This document shows, one piece after another, positions 26,844 through 37,618 of a stretch of 64,000 bases of DNA (positions within the stretch are counted from its first letter, which is position 1; each line of letters begins with the position of its first letter). Below the pieces are notes generated by a model. It saw nothing but the letters and a program-made list of their open reading frames with translations, had not been told where the DNA came from and did no database searches. The DNA comes from Nitrospirota bacterium (GTDB lineage Bacteria > Nitrospirota > UBA9217): contig CAVVOB010000018.1 of assembly GCA_963749655.1 (NCBI GenBank), forward strand, positions 179,248 to 243,247, written 5' to 3'. A program made the position numbers and the translations under genes.

Positions 26844-28550
26844 TCAAAGCTGTCCCGATCTCAGGATGCCGACCAGGATCCATAACCCAAGCAACGCAGC
26901 TATAACATACCCTATCAGACCGAACACTGGCAAGTCAAAAAGCGTCGGCCCCTGACCTGAATGAATGATGATCGATGACGCGACGATGATGGACGCGGTA
27001 ATAACGCTGAAGGCCAGCCGGTTGCTCGACTTGTCGATGTCCCGTATCAGGTGATGGAGTTCCTCGTGGTGGATGTTGACACGGATGTCGCCGTGCATGA
27101 ATTTTCTGAAGGACGCCTTCACCTGGCGCGGCAGGAGGGCGAAGGCATCGGCAAATTCTGCAGCGTTCCTTCTGATGCTCCGGACGGCCCTGAGGGGATT
27201 TCGTCTCCTGCTGATGAGCTCCGCAACATAAGGCTTTGCAGCCTCGAAATAATTGAACTCCGGGTCCAACTGTTTCAGAATGCCTTCGAGGGTGATGAGC
27301 GCCTTGTCCATGAGGTACAGGTTCGAGGGAAGCTTCATGCGGTGCCGGAGAAGGATCTGGGTGACCCGGTCCACATAGGCGCCGAAGTCGATCTGTTTGA
27401 CCTGCATGACATAATAGGGTTCAAGGAGATCGACCATGTCCGCTTTCATGTCCCGCTGGAATTTTTCGATGTCGATGGTTTCCTCGGACAGAAATCCCAG
27501 ATCCACGTACTGCCGGACGAGGGAATCGTAGTCGTGCTCGGCCAGCGCGAGAAAGATGGACGCGAAGGTCTCCATGTTCTCCTCGGTGACCCTGCCCATG
27601 ATGCCGAAATCCACGAGTCCGATCCTGCCGTCGGGAAGCACGAATATATTTCCGGGGTGGGGATCGGCGTGAAAAAAACCGTCCTGGAGGACCATCTTGA
27701 AATATGCGGCCGCCCCCTTCTTCGCGAGCTCCCTGCGGTCATGCCCTTCCCGGTCCAGGCGGTCGTACTCGTCGATCCGTATGCCCTGGATCGTTTCCAT
27801 GACCAGCACCCGTTTGCTGGAAATATCGTTGTAGATCCGGGGTACGTACAGGACAGGGCTTCCCTCAAAACTTTTCCGCAGCTGGGTGGCATTGGAGGCC
27901 TCGATAAAGAAATCGAGCTCCCGCTTGATCGTGCGCGTGAACTCCTCAACGATCCCCGGAACGTTGTAGGGCGCCAGATCAGGTACACGGGCCTCGATGA
28001 GCTCAGCGAGCCAGCGCATGATGCTCACGTCCCGGTCGATGATCCGGACGATGTTCGGCCGCTGAACCTTGACCATCACCGGGCTGCCGTCGTGAAGCCG
28101 TGCGCGGTGGACCTGGGCAATGGAAGCTGCCGCAACAGGCGCCTCGTCAAAGAAGGAAAAGAGCTCTCCGACAGGCGCCTTCAGGTCCTCTTCGATTATT
28201 CGTTTCGCTTCGACGGCAGGGAATGGCGCGACAGAGTCCGTCAGCTTGAGAAATTCGCGGGAATATTCGATAGGCAGCATGTCCGGCCTGCAGGCCAGCA
28301 CCTGCCCGAACTTGATAAAGGTAGGACCCAGCTCCTCGAACATCAGGCGCAGCCGTTCCGGCGCGCTTATGCGGTGCGCGAGGGCCGGGGGAGTTTTGAA
28401 CGAAATAATTCGTCTGCCCACGGAAAAAAAACGCTGCAGGCCGACCTGCTCCACAAGGTGACCGAACCCGTGGCGGGACGCCACCGCGATGATCCGGCCG
28501 ATCCGCGGAATGTCCCGAAAGTATCTTTTCCTGAAACCGAACAGAGGCAT
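26844..28550 (-). CDS. AarF/ABC1/UbiB-family kinase
   Basis: ELGPTFIKFGQ, AAASIAQVH, VKVQRP, FFHADPHPGN, DFG. Confidence 0.93.
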   Translation of the reverse strand: MPLFGFRKRYFRDIPRIGRIIAVASRHGFGHLVEQVGLQRFFSVGRRIISFKTPPALAHRISAPERLRLMFEELGPTFIKFGQVLACRPDMLPIEYSREFLKLTDSVAPFPAVEAKRIIEEDLKAPVGELFSFFDEAPVAAASIAQVHRARLHDGSPVMVKVQRPNIVRIIDRDVSIMRWLAELIEARVPDLAPYNVPGIVEEFTRTIKRELDFFIEASNATQLRKSFEGSPVLYVPRIYNDISSKRVLVMETIQGIRIDEYDRLDREGHDRRELAKKGAAAYFKMVLQDGFFHADPHPGNIFVLPDGRIGLVDFGIMGRVTEENMETFASIFLALAEHDYDSLVRQYVDLGFLSEETIDIEKFQRDMKADMVDLLEPYYVMQVKQIDFGAYVDRVTQILLRHRMKLPSNLYLMDKALITLEGILKQLDPEFNYFEAAKPYVAELISRRRNPLRAVRSIRRNAAEFADAFALLPRQVKASFRKFMHGDIRVNIHHEELHHLIRDIDKSSNRLAFSVITASIIVASSIIIHSGQGPTLFDLPVFGLIGYVIAALLGLWILVGILRSGQL

Positions 28551-28570
28551 GGGCTTGCCGGGATCACGAC

Positions 28571-28891
28571 CTACTCCCCGGTCTTCCCTTCGCCTCCTTC
28601 GAGTTTGGAGATCCGGGCGGAAAGGCCCTGGAACTTTTTATCCAGTTTCTCGAAGTCGTCACGGGTCGGGATATTGATTTTTTCAAAGGCGACGGAAATC
28701 GCGTCCTTGATCTTCAGGTCCATGTCTTTCGTGCTTTCTTCGGCTTTGGACATCCATTCCCTGACGAGCGTGGACCCTTCGCTTTTGGAAAGCTCGCCTG
28801 CTTTTACCAGTTCATCTACGAACTCCTTGGCTTTCTCCTGAGCACCCAACCCTGCAAGCATAGCTTTCTTGATGACCTCTGTTACAATCAT
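28571..28891 (-). CDS. Phasin/polyhydroxyalkanoate-granule-associated-like small coiled-coil protein
   Basis: KKAMLAGLGA..K..EFVDELVK.GELS..EG and IPTRDD...L motifs; commonly found next to ubiB-like genes. Confidence 0.7.
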   Translation of the reverse strand: MIVTEVIKKAMLAGLGAQEKAKEFVDELVKAGELSKSEGSTLVREWMSKAEESTKDMDLKIKDAISVAFEKINIPTRDDFEKLDKKFQGLSARISKLEGGEGKTGE

Positions 28892-28937
28892 GGCAGCCTC
28901 CTTTTCCGGATGTGGATGACAACGGTTGCGGATGTCC

Positions 28938-31574
28938 CTAGCTCTTCTGTAGTATAGTATACAACGCATCGAGCGCCGCGTCCAGCTTACCGGGATCTTT
29001 TCCGCCGGATTGGGCCAGGTCGGGTTTTCCGCCGCCGGTGCCTCCCAGAATAGGGGCCATCTCCTTGATTATATTACCGGCATGGAACCTGTTGGTCAGG
29101 TCCTTCGATACCATCACGATGAGGCTCACCTTGTCGTCTTTCACGGAACCTAGCGCCAGAATCCCCGACCCCAGCCTGTCCCGCAATTTATCGCCGAAAT
29201 CCCGCAGATCCCTGGCATCCATGCCGTCGGCGCGTTTTGCCAGCACTTTGACGCCTTTGATATCACGGACGTCGGACATCACATCGCCGGCCTGGGAGGA
29301 TTGGAGCTTGTGCTTCAGCCGGTCAAGTTCTTTTTCGGACTCCCGGAGCTGGTTCACGAGGCGCTCCACGCGGCCGGCCACATCAGGGTCCGATGCCTTC
29401 AGCATCCGGCCGATCTCCCGGAGCTGCTGCTCCTCCTTCCGAACCGCATCATAGGCCCTGCGTCCGGCCAGGATCTCGATCCGCCGCACCCCCGCTGCAA
29501 TGCCCGACTCGGACACGATCTTGAACAGGCCGATGTCGCCGCTGGCCTGCGCATGGGTCCCGCCGCAAAGCTCCTTGCTCACGTCTTTGACCGTCACGAC
29601 GCGGACCTTGTCTCCGTACTTTTCGTCAAAAAGCGCCATGGCGCCCGAAGCGATGGCCTGCTCGATGTCCATCTCGGCAATGTCGACCGGATGGTTCTCG
29701 ATGATGCGTTCGTTCACGAGCTCCTCGACGCGCTCCTTTTCCCGCTCGGTCAGCGCCGTGTAGTGGGTGAAGTCGAACCGGCACCGGTCGGCCGCCACCA
29801 GCGAGCCTGCCTGCTTCACATGCTCGCCCAGCACCGACCGGAGCGCCGCGTGCAGGATGTGCGTCGCCGTGTGATGCCGGACGATGTCCATCCGTTCCGC
29901 GGCGTCAACCTTGGCCAGAACAGCGTCTCCGACCTTGAAGCCGCCCTTCTTCACCGCGCCCCTGTGCACGAATATTCCTTCCACCGGTTTGACCGTGTCG
30001 CTGACCGCAAACTTCGCTCCCTCGCCGAGCAGCTCGCCCCGGTCGCCCACCTGTCCGCCCGATTCCGCATAGAAGGGCGTCTGGTCGAGGATGATCTCAG
30101 CCTCATCGCCTTCCTTCACTTCGGCAACCTTCCGATCGCCCTTGATGAGCGCAACGATCTCTCCGGTCCCTTCGAGCATGCCGTAGCCGGTGAAGGTCGT
30201 CTTTCTGATGCCCGCAGAGATTTCCTTGTAGACCGGCTTGATCTTCTCCTCGCCCGACCCTGCCCAGGCTGCGCGGGCCTTATCGCGCTGCTCCTGCATG
30301 GCCTTGCGGTAGCCTTCCTCGTCCAGCTCCAGGTGCATGTCTCGCGCCATGTCGGCCACGAGGTCCAAGGGGAACCCGAACGTATCGTAGAGCTTGAACA
30401 GGAGATCGCCCGGGATCATCACCTGCTTCGCGGCTTTGAGTTTCTCCACAGCTTCGTTCAGAAGGGCCAGGCCGGACTCGAGGGTCGTGGCGAAGCGTTC
30501 CTCTTCGAGCAGGACCACCTTGGCCACGTGCTCGCGGCTGTCTGCGAGGTCAGGGTAGGCGCCCTTCATCTCGTCCACCACCGCGCCGGTGAGCTTGTAC
30601 AGGAAGGGCTTGTTGATGCCGATGAGCCTGCCGTAGCGGCTTGCGCGCCGCAGGATGCGCCGGAGCACATACCCCCTGCCCTCGTTTGACGGCAGGACTC
30701 CGTCTGAAATGAGGAAGGTCATGGAGCGGAGATGGTCCGCGCAGACCTGGTAGGAGATGTCGGTCTGTTCGTCCTTGTGATAAGGAACGCCGGCCAGCGC
30801 TGCAATTTCCCTGATGATGGGCTGGAACAAATCGGTCTCGAAATTGCTCTTCACCTTCTGGGACACGGCGGACACGCGCTCGAGCCCCATACCCGTGTCA
30901 ATGGACGGCTTCGGAAGCGGCGTCAGCTTGCCGGTCGCATCGCGGTTGTACTGCATGAAGACGAGGTTCCAGATCTCGAGGTAGCGATCGCAGTCGCAGC
31001 CCACGGAGCAGCCCGGCTTGCCGCAGGACATCTCGGGGCCCTGGTCGATGATGATCTCTGAGCAGGGACCGCAGGGACCGGTGTCTCCCATGGACCAGAA
31101 GTTGTCCTTCTCGCCGAGCCGCACGATGCGCTCGGCCGGGAGGCCTACCACGGTGCGCCAGAGCTCGAAGGCCTCATCGTCGTCCTTGTATACCGTCGCC
31201 CAAAGCTTGTCCGCCGGGAGCTTCACCTCTTTCGTCAGGAACTCCCAGGCGAACTGGATGGCCTCTTTTTTGAAATAATCGCCGAAGGAGAAGTTGCCGA
31301 GCATCTCGAAAAAGGTGTGGTGCCGGGCCGTATGACCCACGTTCTCGAGGTCGTTGTGCTTGCCGCCTGCCCGAACGCACTTCTGGGACGTTACCGCGCG
31401 TTTGTAGTCCCTCACGTCCTCGCCCAGGAAAACACTCTTGAACTGAACCATGCCCGCGTTCGTGAACAGGAGCGTGGGATCGTTCTTCGGAACAAGAGAC
31501 GAACTCGGCACGATCTTGTGGCCACGCCGGGCGAAATAGTCGAGGAACAATTTGCGTAATTCGTTGGCTTTCAA
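28938..31574 (-). CDS. alaS: Alanine-tRNA ligase (TTG start)
   Basis: DPTLLFTNAGMVQFK, HHTFFEMLGNFSFGDYFK, HTATH, ELCGGTH, GGGKPDLAQ. Confidence 0.99.
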   Translation of the reverse strand: MKANELRKLFLDYFARRGHKIVPSSSLVPKNDPTLLFTNAGMVQFKSVFLGEDVRDYKRAVTSQKCVRAGGKHNDLENVGHTARHHTFFEMLGNFSFGDYFKKEAIQFAWEFLTKEVKLPADKLWATVYKDDDEAFELWRTVVGLPAERIVRLGEKDNFWSMGDTGPCGPCSEIIIDQGPEMSCGKPGCSVGCDCDRYLEIWNLVFMQYNRDATGKLTPLPKPSIDTGMGLERVSAVSQKVKSNFETDLFQPIIREIAALAGVPYHKDEQTDISYQVCADHLRSMTFLISDGVLPSNEGRGYVLRRILRRASRYGRLIGINKPFLYKLTGAVVDEMKGAYPDLADSREHVAKVVLLEEERFATTLESGLALLNEAVEKLKAAKQVMIPGDLLFKLYDTFGFPLDLVADMARDMHLELDEEGYRKAMQEQRDKARAAWAGSGEEKIKPVYKEISAGIRKTTFTGYGMLEGTGEIVALIKGDRKVAEVKEGDEAEIILDQTPFYAESGGQVGDRGELLGEGAKFAVSDTVKPVEGIFVHRGAVKKGGFKVGDAVLAKVDAAERMDIVRHHTATHILHAALRSVLGEHVKQAGSLVAADRCRFDFTHYTALTEREKERVEELVNERIIENHPVDIAEMDIEQAIASGAMALFDEKYGDKVRVVTVKDVSKELCGGTHAQASGDIGLFKIVSESGIAAGVRRIEILAGRRAYDAVRKEEQQLREIGRMLKASDPDVAGRVERLVNQLRESEKELDRLKHKLQSSQAGDVMSDVRDIKGVKVLAKRADGMDARDLRDFGDKLRDRLGSGILALGSVKDDKVSLIVMVSKDLTNRFHAGNIIKEMAPILGGTGGGKPDLAQSGGKDPGKLDAALDALYTILQKS

Positions 31575-31600
31575 CGTTTGCTCCTTAAGAAAAAAATATT

Positions 31601-31629
31601 ACCGCAGAGGACGCAGAGGTCGCAGAGAG
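31601..31629. repeat. CGCAGAG-type 9-nt-period repeat
   Basis: accgcagaggacgcagaggtcgcagagag; related arrays at 47100 and 53345. Confidence 0.6.
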
Positions 31630-31778
31630 GGACATCGGGTCGGGAAAAACAAAACCCCATTCGTCAACAGGGAAAATAGCAGAAATAACGGAAGAATTCA
31701 ACTCTTTCGTGAGCGAATCCGGTGAAGTTTTCCGTATGAGGGACGGTGAATGTCGGAATAAAACCCTTCCCCCTTTGC

Positions 31779-32297
31779 CTACATCGCACCGACACGGCGA
31801 AGGACGTCGTAAATGGTCCCTGATGAAAACCCCCTGCGTTCCAGGTGACCGGCGAGGCGCCTGCGCCTTACCTCGGGAGCGAAGCGAGTAAGGCTCTTTA
31901 ATTTCTTTTCCGCCTCCTGGTGTGCGATATCCGCTTCCGGTTCGGCCTCGAAAAGCTCTTCCAGGGCTTCCCGGACAAGCTCGCGGCTGAGCCGCTTGTT
32001 CTTCAGTTCCTGCTCGATTCTGCGCCTGCCGAAACCGCGGAGCCTCACCCTGCCCGCGGCCCACTGCCGGGCGAACTCGCGGTCATTGACGTAGCCCAGC
32101 CGGATCAGGTCGGCGATGACCGCCCCAATAACGGCCTCGCCGAACTCCCGGTCCCGGAGCTTCCCTTCAAGCTCCGCCCTGGTCCGGGGACGGTAGGTAA
32201 GCAGCCGGTACGCCGAATTTTTCGCCCTTACAAACTCTTTTCCCTCAAGAACGCCGGCAGACGCTCCGACGGTATTTTTTAGCTTCTCATTTTGCAT
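31779..32297 (-). CDS. recX: Regulatory protein RecX (start uncertain)
   Basis: AYRLLTYRPRT..EL..KL, GYVNDREFA, G.RRI.QEL..K, L.RRGF. Confidence 0.9.
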   Translation of the reverse strand: MQNEKLKNTVGASAGVLEGKEFVRAKNSAYRLLTYRPRTRAELEGKLRDREFGEAVIGAVIADLIRLGYVNDREFARQWAAGRVRLRGFGRRRIEQELKNKRLSRELVREALEELFEAEPEADIAHQEAEKKLKSLTRFAPEVRRRRLAGHLERRGFSSGTIYDVLRRVGAM

Positions 32298-32369
32298 TAG
32301 CCGGTGTCCCCGGCCCCTGGCCCCTGGACCCTGTTTTTTTAATTCCGCATTCCGCAATCCGCATTTGCG

Positions 32370-33620
32370 CTACTTGTCTCCAAACCGGTCGATCTTGAAA
32401 TCCGAATCACCCGATCCGCCCTTATACTCCCGCGCCTCGCCCGTCTTCGGCTGGGGAGAGGACGGTGCGGCCGGCCGTGCGCCGGCGATGGTGCCTTTGA
32501 TGGTCCCCGGCTTCCTTTTCTCGTCCTCTTCCGCCGCCATATCGCTTGTGGACTGAATGCCTTTAACCCGCAGGGCGAAGTCGTCGGGGTTGCTGGCCGT
32601 CATCAACGCTTCATCGTAGGTGATAAGCCCCTTCTTGTAAAGGAACAGGAGGGACTGGTCGAAAGTCTGCATGCCGTAATGGGTGATGCCTGAGGCAATA
32701 ATGGTCGGGATCTGGCGTGTCTTGGCATCGTCAATGATCGCTTCGCGCACCGAAAGCGTGCCGAGCATCACTTCCACGGCAGGCACACGGCCCGTTCCGT
32801 CGGCCCGGGCCACCAGGCGCTGGGAGATGATGCCCTTGATCACCGAGGCAAGCTGCATCCGCACCTGTTTTTGCTGGTAGGGAGGAAACACCGTGATGAT
32901 GCGGTTGATCGTTTCGGCGGCGTCCAGGGTGTGGAGGGTGGACAGCACGAGGTGGCCGGTCTCCGCAGCGGTCAGCGCAGTCGAGATCGTCTCGAAGTCG
33001 CGCATTTCACCGACGAGAATCACATCGGGGTCCTGGCGGAGCGAGCTCCGGAGCGCTTCGCTGAAGCTGAAGGTGTCCGAGCCGATCTCGCGCTGGTTCA
33101 CGATGCTCTTCTTGTCCCGGTGGAGGAATTCGATGGGATCCTCGATCGTGATGATATTTGCGGTGCGGGTCGTGTTGATGTAGTCGATCATGGCCGCAAG
33201 GGTCGTGGATTTGCCGCTCCCCGTCGTGCCGGTCACGAGAATGAGGCCGCGCTGCTCGCCCGCCACCTTCTGAAGCACCGTCGGCATCATGAGGTCCTCG
33301 AAGTTCAGGATCTTGGCCGGGACCATGCGGAAGACCATGCCCACGCTCCCGCGCTGCTGGAAGACGTTTACACGGAACCTGCCGAGGCCCGGAACGGCAT
33401 AGGCCATGTCGAGTTCGTTCTTTTCCTTGAACCGCGCCTTCTGTGTTGCGTTCATGATGCCGAGAGCGATGTTCAGGGCGTCTTCCTGCGTGGTGCGCTT
33501 TTCCGTCTCGATGGGGGCAAGCCTGCCGTCGATCCGGAGAATGGGAGGAACGCCGACCTTCACGTGAAGGTCGGACGCCCGTTTTTCAAAGGTCAGCTTG
33601 AGCAGATCATTGAGATTCAT
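32370..33620 (-). CDS. pilT: Type IV pilus retraction ATPase, PilT/PilU family, with extended C-terminus
   Basis: ASDLH, GTTGSGKSTT, TIEDPIE, LRQDPDVILVGEMRD, AETGHLVLSTLHT, GMQTFDQ. Confidence 0.9.
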   Translation of the reverse strand: MNLNDLLKLTFEKRASDLHVKVGVPPILRIDGRLAPIETEKRTTQEDALNIALGIMNATQKARFKEKNELDMAYAVPGLGRFRVNVFQQRGSVGMVFRMVPAKILNFEDLMMPTVLQKVAGEQRGLILVTGTTGSGKSTTLAAMIDYINTTRTANIITIEDPIEFLHRDKKSIVNQREIGSDTFSFSEALRSSLRQDPDVILVGEMRDFETISTALTAAETGHLVLSTLHTLDAAETINRIITVFPPYQQKQVRMQLASVIKGIISQRLVARADGTGRVPAVEVMLGTLSVREAIIDDAKTRQIPTIIASGITHYGMQTFDQSLLFLYKKGLITYDEALMTASNPDDFALRVKGIQSTSDMAAEEDEKRKPGTIKGTIAGARPAAPSSPQPKTGEAREYKGGSGDSDFKIDRFGDK

Positions 33621-34745
33621 TTAAGCCTCCGCGTGTTTTTCCGATTTCTGTGCCCTTGATGTTTTTCCGGTCCGCTCGGAAGCGGTTTCCTTTTCCTTGA
33701 CAAGCGCAGGGGCTGGCTCTTCCGTCGCCGTCGCCGCCGGCGCGGCCGTGCCGGGAAGTCCGCAGCCCTGCCGCACCTTGAGTTCGATCTCCCCGGCCAT
33801 GTCGGGGTGCTCGTGAAGAAACTGCTTTACGTTCTCCCGGCCCTGGCCGATCCTGGTCCCGCCGTAGGAGAACCAGGCGCCGCTCTTCTCGATGATGTTT
33901 TTCTCGACCCCGATATCGATGATTTCGCCGATCTTCGAGATCCCCTCATTGAACATGATATCAAATTCCGAGGACCGGAAGGGGGGGGCGATCTTATTTT
34001 TTACGACCTTCACCTTCACTCTCCCGCCCGTGACGTCGTCCCCTTCCTTGATGGCGGAGATCCTGCGGATGTCGAGGCGGACGGAGGCATAGAATTTGAG
34101 GGCGTTGCCGCCCGTCGTAGTTTCAGGGTTCCCGAACATGACGCCGATCTTCATGCGGATCTGGTTGATGAAGATGAGCGTAGTGTTGGATTTGCTGATG
34201 GCGCCGGTCAGTTTCCTGAGCGCCTGGCTCATGAGCCGCGCCTGGAGCCCCATGTGCGCATCGCCCATCTCGCCCTCGATCTCGGCCCGGGGCGTGAGCG
34301 CCGCCACGGAGTCCACGATGATCACGTCGATCGCGCCGCTCCGCACCAGCGTTTCGGTGATCTCCAGGGCCTGTTCGCCGGTGTCCGGCTGGGAGATGAG
34401 AAGGTCGTCGGTCCGTACGCCGAGCTTGCGCGCGTAGATCACGTCGAGGGCGTGCTCGGCATCGATGAAGGCCGCCTGGCCGCCGGCCTTCTGGGCCTCG
34501 GCGATGACGTGGAGCGCCAGGGTGGTCTTGCCCGAGGATTCGGGTCCGTAGATCTCGATGATCCTTCCGCGCGGGATGCCTCCCACGCCCAGGGCGATAT
34601 CCAGGCCGAGGGAGCCCGTTGAAATCGCGGGGATCCCGGCGGGGACCTCCTCCCTGCCGAGCCGCATGATGGAGCCTTTGCCGAACTGCTTTTCGATCTG
34701 GCCCACGGCCAGTTCCAATGCCTTTAATTTTTCCTTGTCCGCCAT
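33621..34745 (-). CDS. recA: Recombinase RecA
   Basis: [43 protein letters not shown]. Confidence 0.99.
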   Translation of the reverse strand: MADKEKLKALELAVGQIEKQFGKGSIMRLGREEVPAGIPAISTGSLGLDIALGVGGIPRGRIIEIYGPESSGKTTLALHVIAEAQKAGGQAAFIDAEHALDVIYARKLGVRTDDLLISQPDTGEQALEITETLVRSGAIDVIIVDSVAALTPRAEIEGEMGDAHMGLQARLMSQALRKLTGAISKSNTTLIFINQIRMKIGVMFGNPETTTGGNALKFYASVRLDIRRISAIKEGDDVTGGRVKVKVVKNKIAPPFRSSEFDIMFNEGISKIGEIIDIGVEKNIIEKSGAWFSYGGTRIGQGRENVKQFLHEHPDMAGEIELKVRQGCGLPGTAAPAATATEEPAPALVKEKETASERTGKTSRAQKSEKHAEA

Positions 34746-34862
34746 TCCCGTTCTCCTTTCGCCGCTGCGCGGCTGTCCGTTGTTTTTAAATATCAGGGTT
34801 CAGGGTCCGGTAGCCGGGGTCCGGGAAATAGGATCACGCCGTTCGAATTCCCTTGCCCCTTG

Positions 34863-35441
34863 CTACTTGCCCCTTGACCCATTTTTTTTTAATTCCACTC
34901 TGCCCATTTCCGTATACACCGCTCCCGACCGGTTCAACTCGCTTTTCATCAGGCTGACCGCGGTCACGTCGAATGCGCCGAGCGCCGCATCCTTGATCCC
35001 CTCGATCGCCCGCTGCCACGAGAACTCCGGCCGAAGATACTTGATCCGCGCCAGGGTCAGATGGGGAGAAAACTTTCGCGCCTCGGGCTCGAACCCGATG
35101 CCTTGCATCGCCCGCTCCACCGATGCCTGGAGCAGCGTCAATGCGTCAAGGTCGCCCTTCACGCCGATCCAGAGCACCCGCGGGTTCCTGGCATGGGGAA
35201 AGGCGCCTGCCCCGGAAACCTCGATACGGAACCGGCCCCTGTCCTTCGCCGCGTCCATAAGGGCGGACGTGATCTCCGGGACCTTTTCACCGGCCGTCTC
35301 GCCCAGGAACGACAGCGTAAGGTGAATGCCTTCAGGCCGCGTCCAGCCTGCGTCGGCCCCCGACTTTCTCAGGCCTTCCTGGACCTTTGCGATCTCCTGC
35401 TTGATCGCATCGGGAAGCTCTATGGCGACGAAAAGGCGCAT
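34863..35441 (-). CDS. thpR: RNA 2',3'-cyclic phosphodiesterase (2H family)
   Basis: MRLFVAI, HLTL and PHLTLAR (two HxT motifs). Confidence 0.93.
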   Translation of the reverse strand: MRLFVAIELPDAIKQEIAKVQEGLRKSGADAGWTRPEGIHLTLSFLGETAGEKVPEITSALMDAAKDRGRFRIEVSGAGAFPHARNPRVLWIGVKGDLDALTLLQASVERAMQGIGFEPEARKFSPHLTLARIKYLRPEFSWQRAIEGIKDAALGAFDVTAVSLMKSELNRSGAVYTEMGRVELKKNGSRGK

Positions 35442-35522
35442 CTTTCAAATTCGGAATGCGGATTTCGGAATGCGGAATAAAACCGCGGTCACATTCCTTC
35501 TAATCCTCTTTTCCATTCCGCA

Positions 35523-36758
35523 TTAACTGATAAGGTGCTTTCTCACCATGTCCAGGGCCATCTGCGTGGCCCGGACGCGAACCTGCTCCCGGTTTCCCAG
35601 GAAGCGGTGCTCGCTGCTCTTCGTCCCCTGGGGAGAATCGAGGGCGATGTACACGAGCCCGACCGGTTTCTGCTCCGTCCCCCCGTCGGGGCCGGCAATG
35701 CCCGTGACGGCAAGGCCCAGCGACGTCCCGGCCGCCCTGCGGATTCCCGCGGCCATAGCCGACGCGACCTCGCTGCTCACTGCTCCGTGGTTCGCTATCA
35801 GGTCCGCAGGCACGCCGAGCATGGCGGTCTTGGCCTCATTGCTGTATACTACGGCGCCGCGCTCGAAATACGCGGAGCTCCCCGGAACGTTCGTGATCCT
35901 GCCGCCGATCATCCCGCCGGTGCACGATTCGGCGACGGCAAGCGTAAGCCTGCGCTGCGTGAGAAGCGCGCCGACCACTTCTTCGAGTTCCACGCCGTCC
36001 ACGCCGAACACGGCGTCTCCCAGCCTTTCCCGGATATCGAACTCGGTCCGGTTGATCGCCGCCTGCGCCTGTTCGGCATTTCCCCCGCGCGCAATGATCC
36101 GGACGTCCACACCCATCGATTTCACCGACATTCCGATGACGGGTTCGCCCCGCCCGATTATGTCCTGGATCGCCTGATTCACGGCAGACTCCCACAGGCC
36201 GCAGGTGTGCAGTATGCGGCGCCTGATAAAAACTTTCGAGCCGTACCGCCCGGCAAGAACCTGCCGAAGCCCTTCCAGATATATGGCGCGCATTTCCCGG
36301 GGCACCCCGGGAAGGACGACGAGAAGCCGCTCATTCTCTTCCAGGTAGAAGCCCGGCGCGGTGCCCGCCGGGTTCGGAAGAATCCGGGCGCCCGTGGGGA
36401 CCAGCGCCTGCCGGTCGCCGGCAGCCGCAAATTCCCTTCCCCGCCCCCCAAGCCGCGCGTGAATAGCCGCGAGAACGTCTTCGTTCAGGACGAGCCGCTT
36501 CTTCATGATCTTTGCGACGACCTTGCGGGTGATGTCGTCCTCGGTCGGACCGAGCCCCCCGGTCACGATCACCACGTCCACCCGTGCCAGCGCGCGCCTG
36601 AGGGCTTCTTCCATGTCCTTCTCGTCGTCGCCCACGACCGTCTTGAAGGCCGTCTCGAGGCCCACGAGCAGCAGCTCTTCCGACAGGAAAAGGGAGTTGG
36701 TGTCAAGGGAGCCGCCGGTCAAAAGCTCGGTGCCTGTTGCTATGATTTCAGCGCGCAT
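35523..36758 (-). CDS. cinA: CinA-like protein (MoCF-biosynthesis-like domain + NMN deamidase PncC)
   Basis: GTELL.G...DTN, TGGLGPTEDDIT, AESCTGG, TGIAGPDGG..KPVG. Confidence 0.93.
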   Translation of the reverse strand: MRAEIIATGTELLTGGSLDTNSLFLSEELLLVGLETAFKTVVGDDEKDMEEALRRALARVDVVIVTGGLGPTEDDITRKVVAKIMKKRLVLNEDVLAAIHARLGGRGREFAAAGDRQALVPTGARILPNPAGTAPGFYLEENERLLVVLPGVPREMRAIYLEGLRQVLAGRYGSKVFIRRRILHTCGLWESAVNQAIQDIIGRGEPVIGMSVKSMGVDVRIIARGGNAEQAQAAINRTEFDIRERLGDAVFGVDGVELEEVVGALLTQRRLTLAVAESCTGGMIGGRITNVPGSSAYFERGAVVYSNEAKTAMLGVPADLIANHGAVSSEVASAMAAGIRRAAGTSLGLAVTGIAGPDGGTEQKPVGLVYIALDSPQGTKSSEHRFLGNREQVRVRATQMALDMVRKHLIS

Positions 36759-36780
36759 TGTTCCTCGGTTCTTATAATAC

Positions 36781-36990
36781 AGTTTTGAGTTTTGAGTTGT
36801 TAGCTTATAGTTTTTCCCACTGTTATATTCCGACTCATAACTCAAAACTGCCCTTTGCACTTTCTACTCTTCCCGCAGTCCCCGACTCATAACTCAAAAC
36901 TAAAAACTCACAACTCAAAACTGCCCTTTGCACTTTCTACTCCTCCCGCAGTCCCAACTCATAACTCAAAACTCACAACTCAAAACTGCC
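36781..36990. repeat. Heptamer inverted array plus tandem duplication of a heptamer+spacer unit
   Basis: agttttgagttttgagttg..., then three (actcataactcaaaact..) blocks separated by two copies of gccctttgcactttctactc(t/c)tcccgcagtccc. Confidence 0.85.
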
Positions 36991-37057
36991 TTCTGCTCTC
37001 TGCAAGTTCAGGCTATTCTATCATCGCCGCGCAACTACAGTCAATGTCAAAGGCCTT

Positions 37058-37618
37058 CTACAGAAGCTCGTAGGCCCACACCTTCCCGTCCTTGCCCATT
37101 TCCTCGACGCGCCGTACGAGCCGCTTCTTGTACAGGTTCAAAAGACGGGTGCCGCTCGTGTTGGCCTCGATCTTTTTCGCATCGGAGAGGTCTTTTGACG
37201 TGGCCTTCTTCTTCTTGACGACGAACTCGAGCGTATCCTTAAGGTAGTTGTTCAGGCTCCCCAGAACCACCCTGCTGCCGTCCTGCATTTCGGCCAGGAG
37301 CGCGAGGTCCTTCCGCTCCACCGCGACCTCGATGTTCTCCTTCTGGTTTTCGTTCAGCCCCGCAAGGATCATGAACTTATCGCCGTATTCTCCGGCCAGA
37401 AGGCGCGAAACAAGCTTGGCAACGATCTCGTCGGCGCAGGAATAGTCGATCACCCCGATCTTCGAAAAATCCAGGGCAACAACGGCCCCCTCCGGCTCCT
37501 TTTCCAGGTCCTTCTCGATGCGCATCCGGACAGCCTGGCCCGAGGGCCGGGTCACGAGGTCCCTGGAGCCGTTGCCGAGCTCGTCTTTGAGCAGTTTATA
37601 AAGATCGTATTTAACCAT
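37058..37618 (-). CDS. Hypothetical STAS-like + winged-HTH protein
   Basis: LVTRPSG...VALDFSKIGVIDYSCADEIV (STAS-like); C-terminal ATSKDLS...NTSGTRLLNLYKKRLV (wHTH-like). Confidence 0.65.
   Translation of the reverse strand: MVKYDLYKLLKDELGNGSRDLVTRPSGQAVRMRIEKDLEKEPEGAVVALDFSKIGVIDYSCADEIVAKLVSRLLAGEYGDKFMILAGLNENQKENIEVAVERKDLALLAEMQDGSRVVLGSLNNYLKDTLEFVVKKKKATSKDLSDAKKIEANTSGTRLLNLYKKRLVRRVEEMGKDGKVWAYELL

Noticed and set aside
32370-33620. pilT inside the recA-recX operon as a novelty
   Set aside because: To my knowledge recA-pilT-recX-alaS is a recurring arrangement in deltaproteobacteria-like genomes.
36781-36990. CRISPR-like repeat/spacer pattern
   Set aside because: The spacers are near-identical to each other, the repeats vary in length and are heptamer runs, and no cas genes are present.
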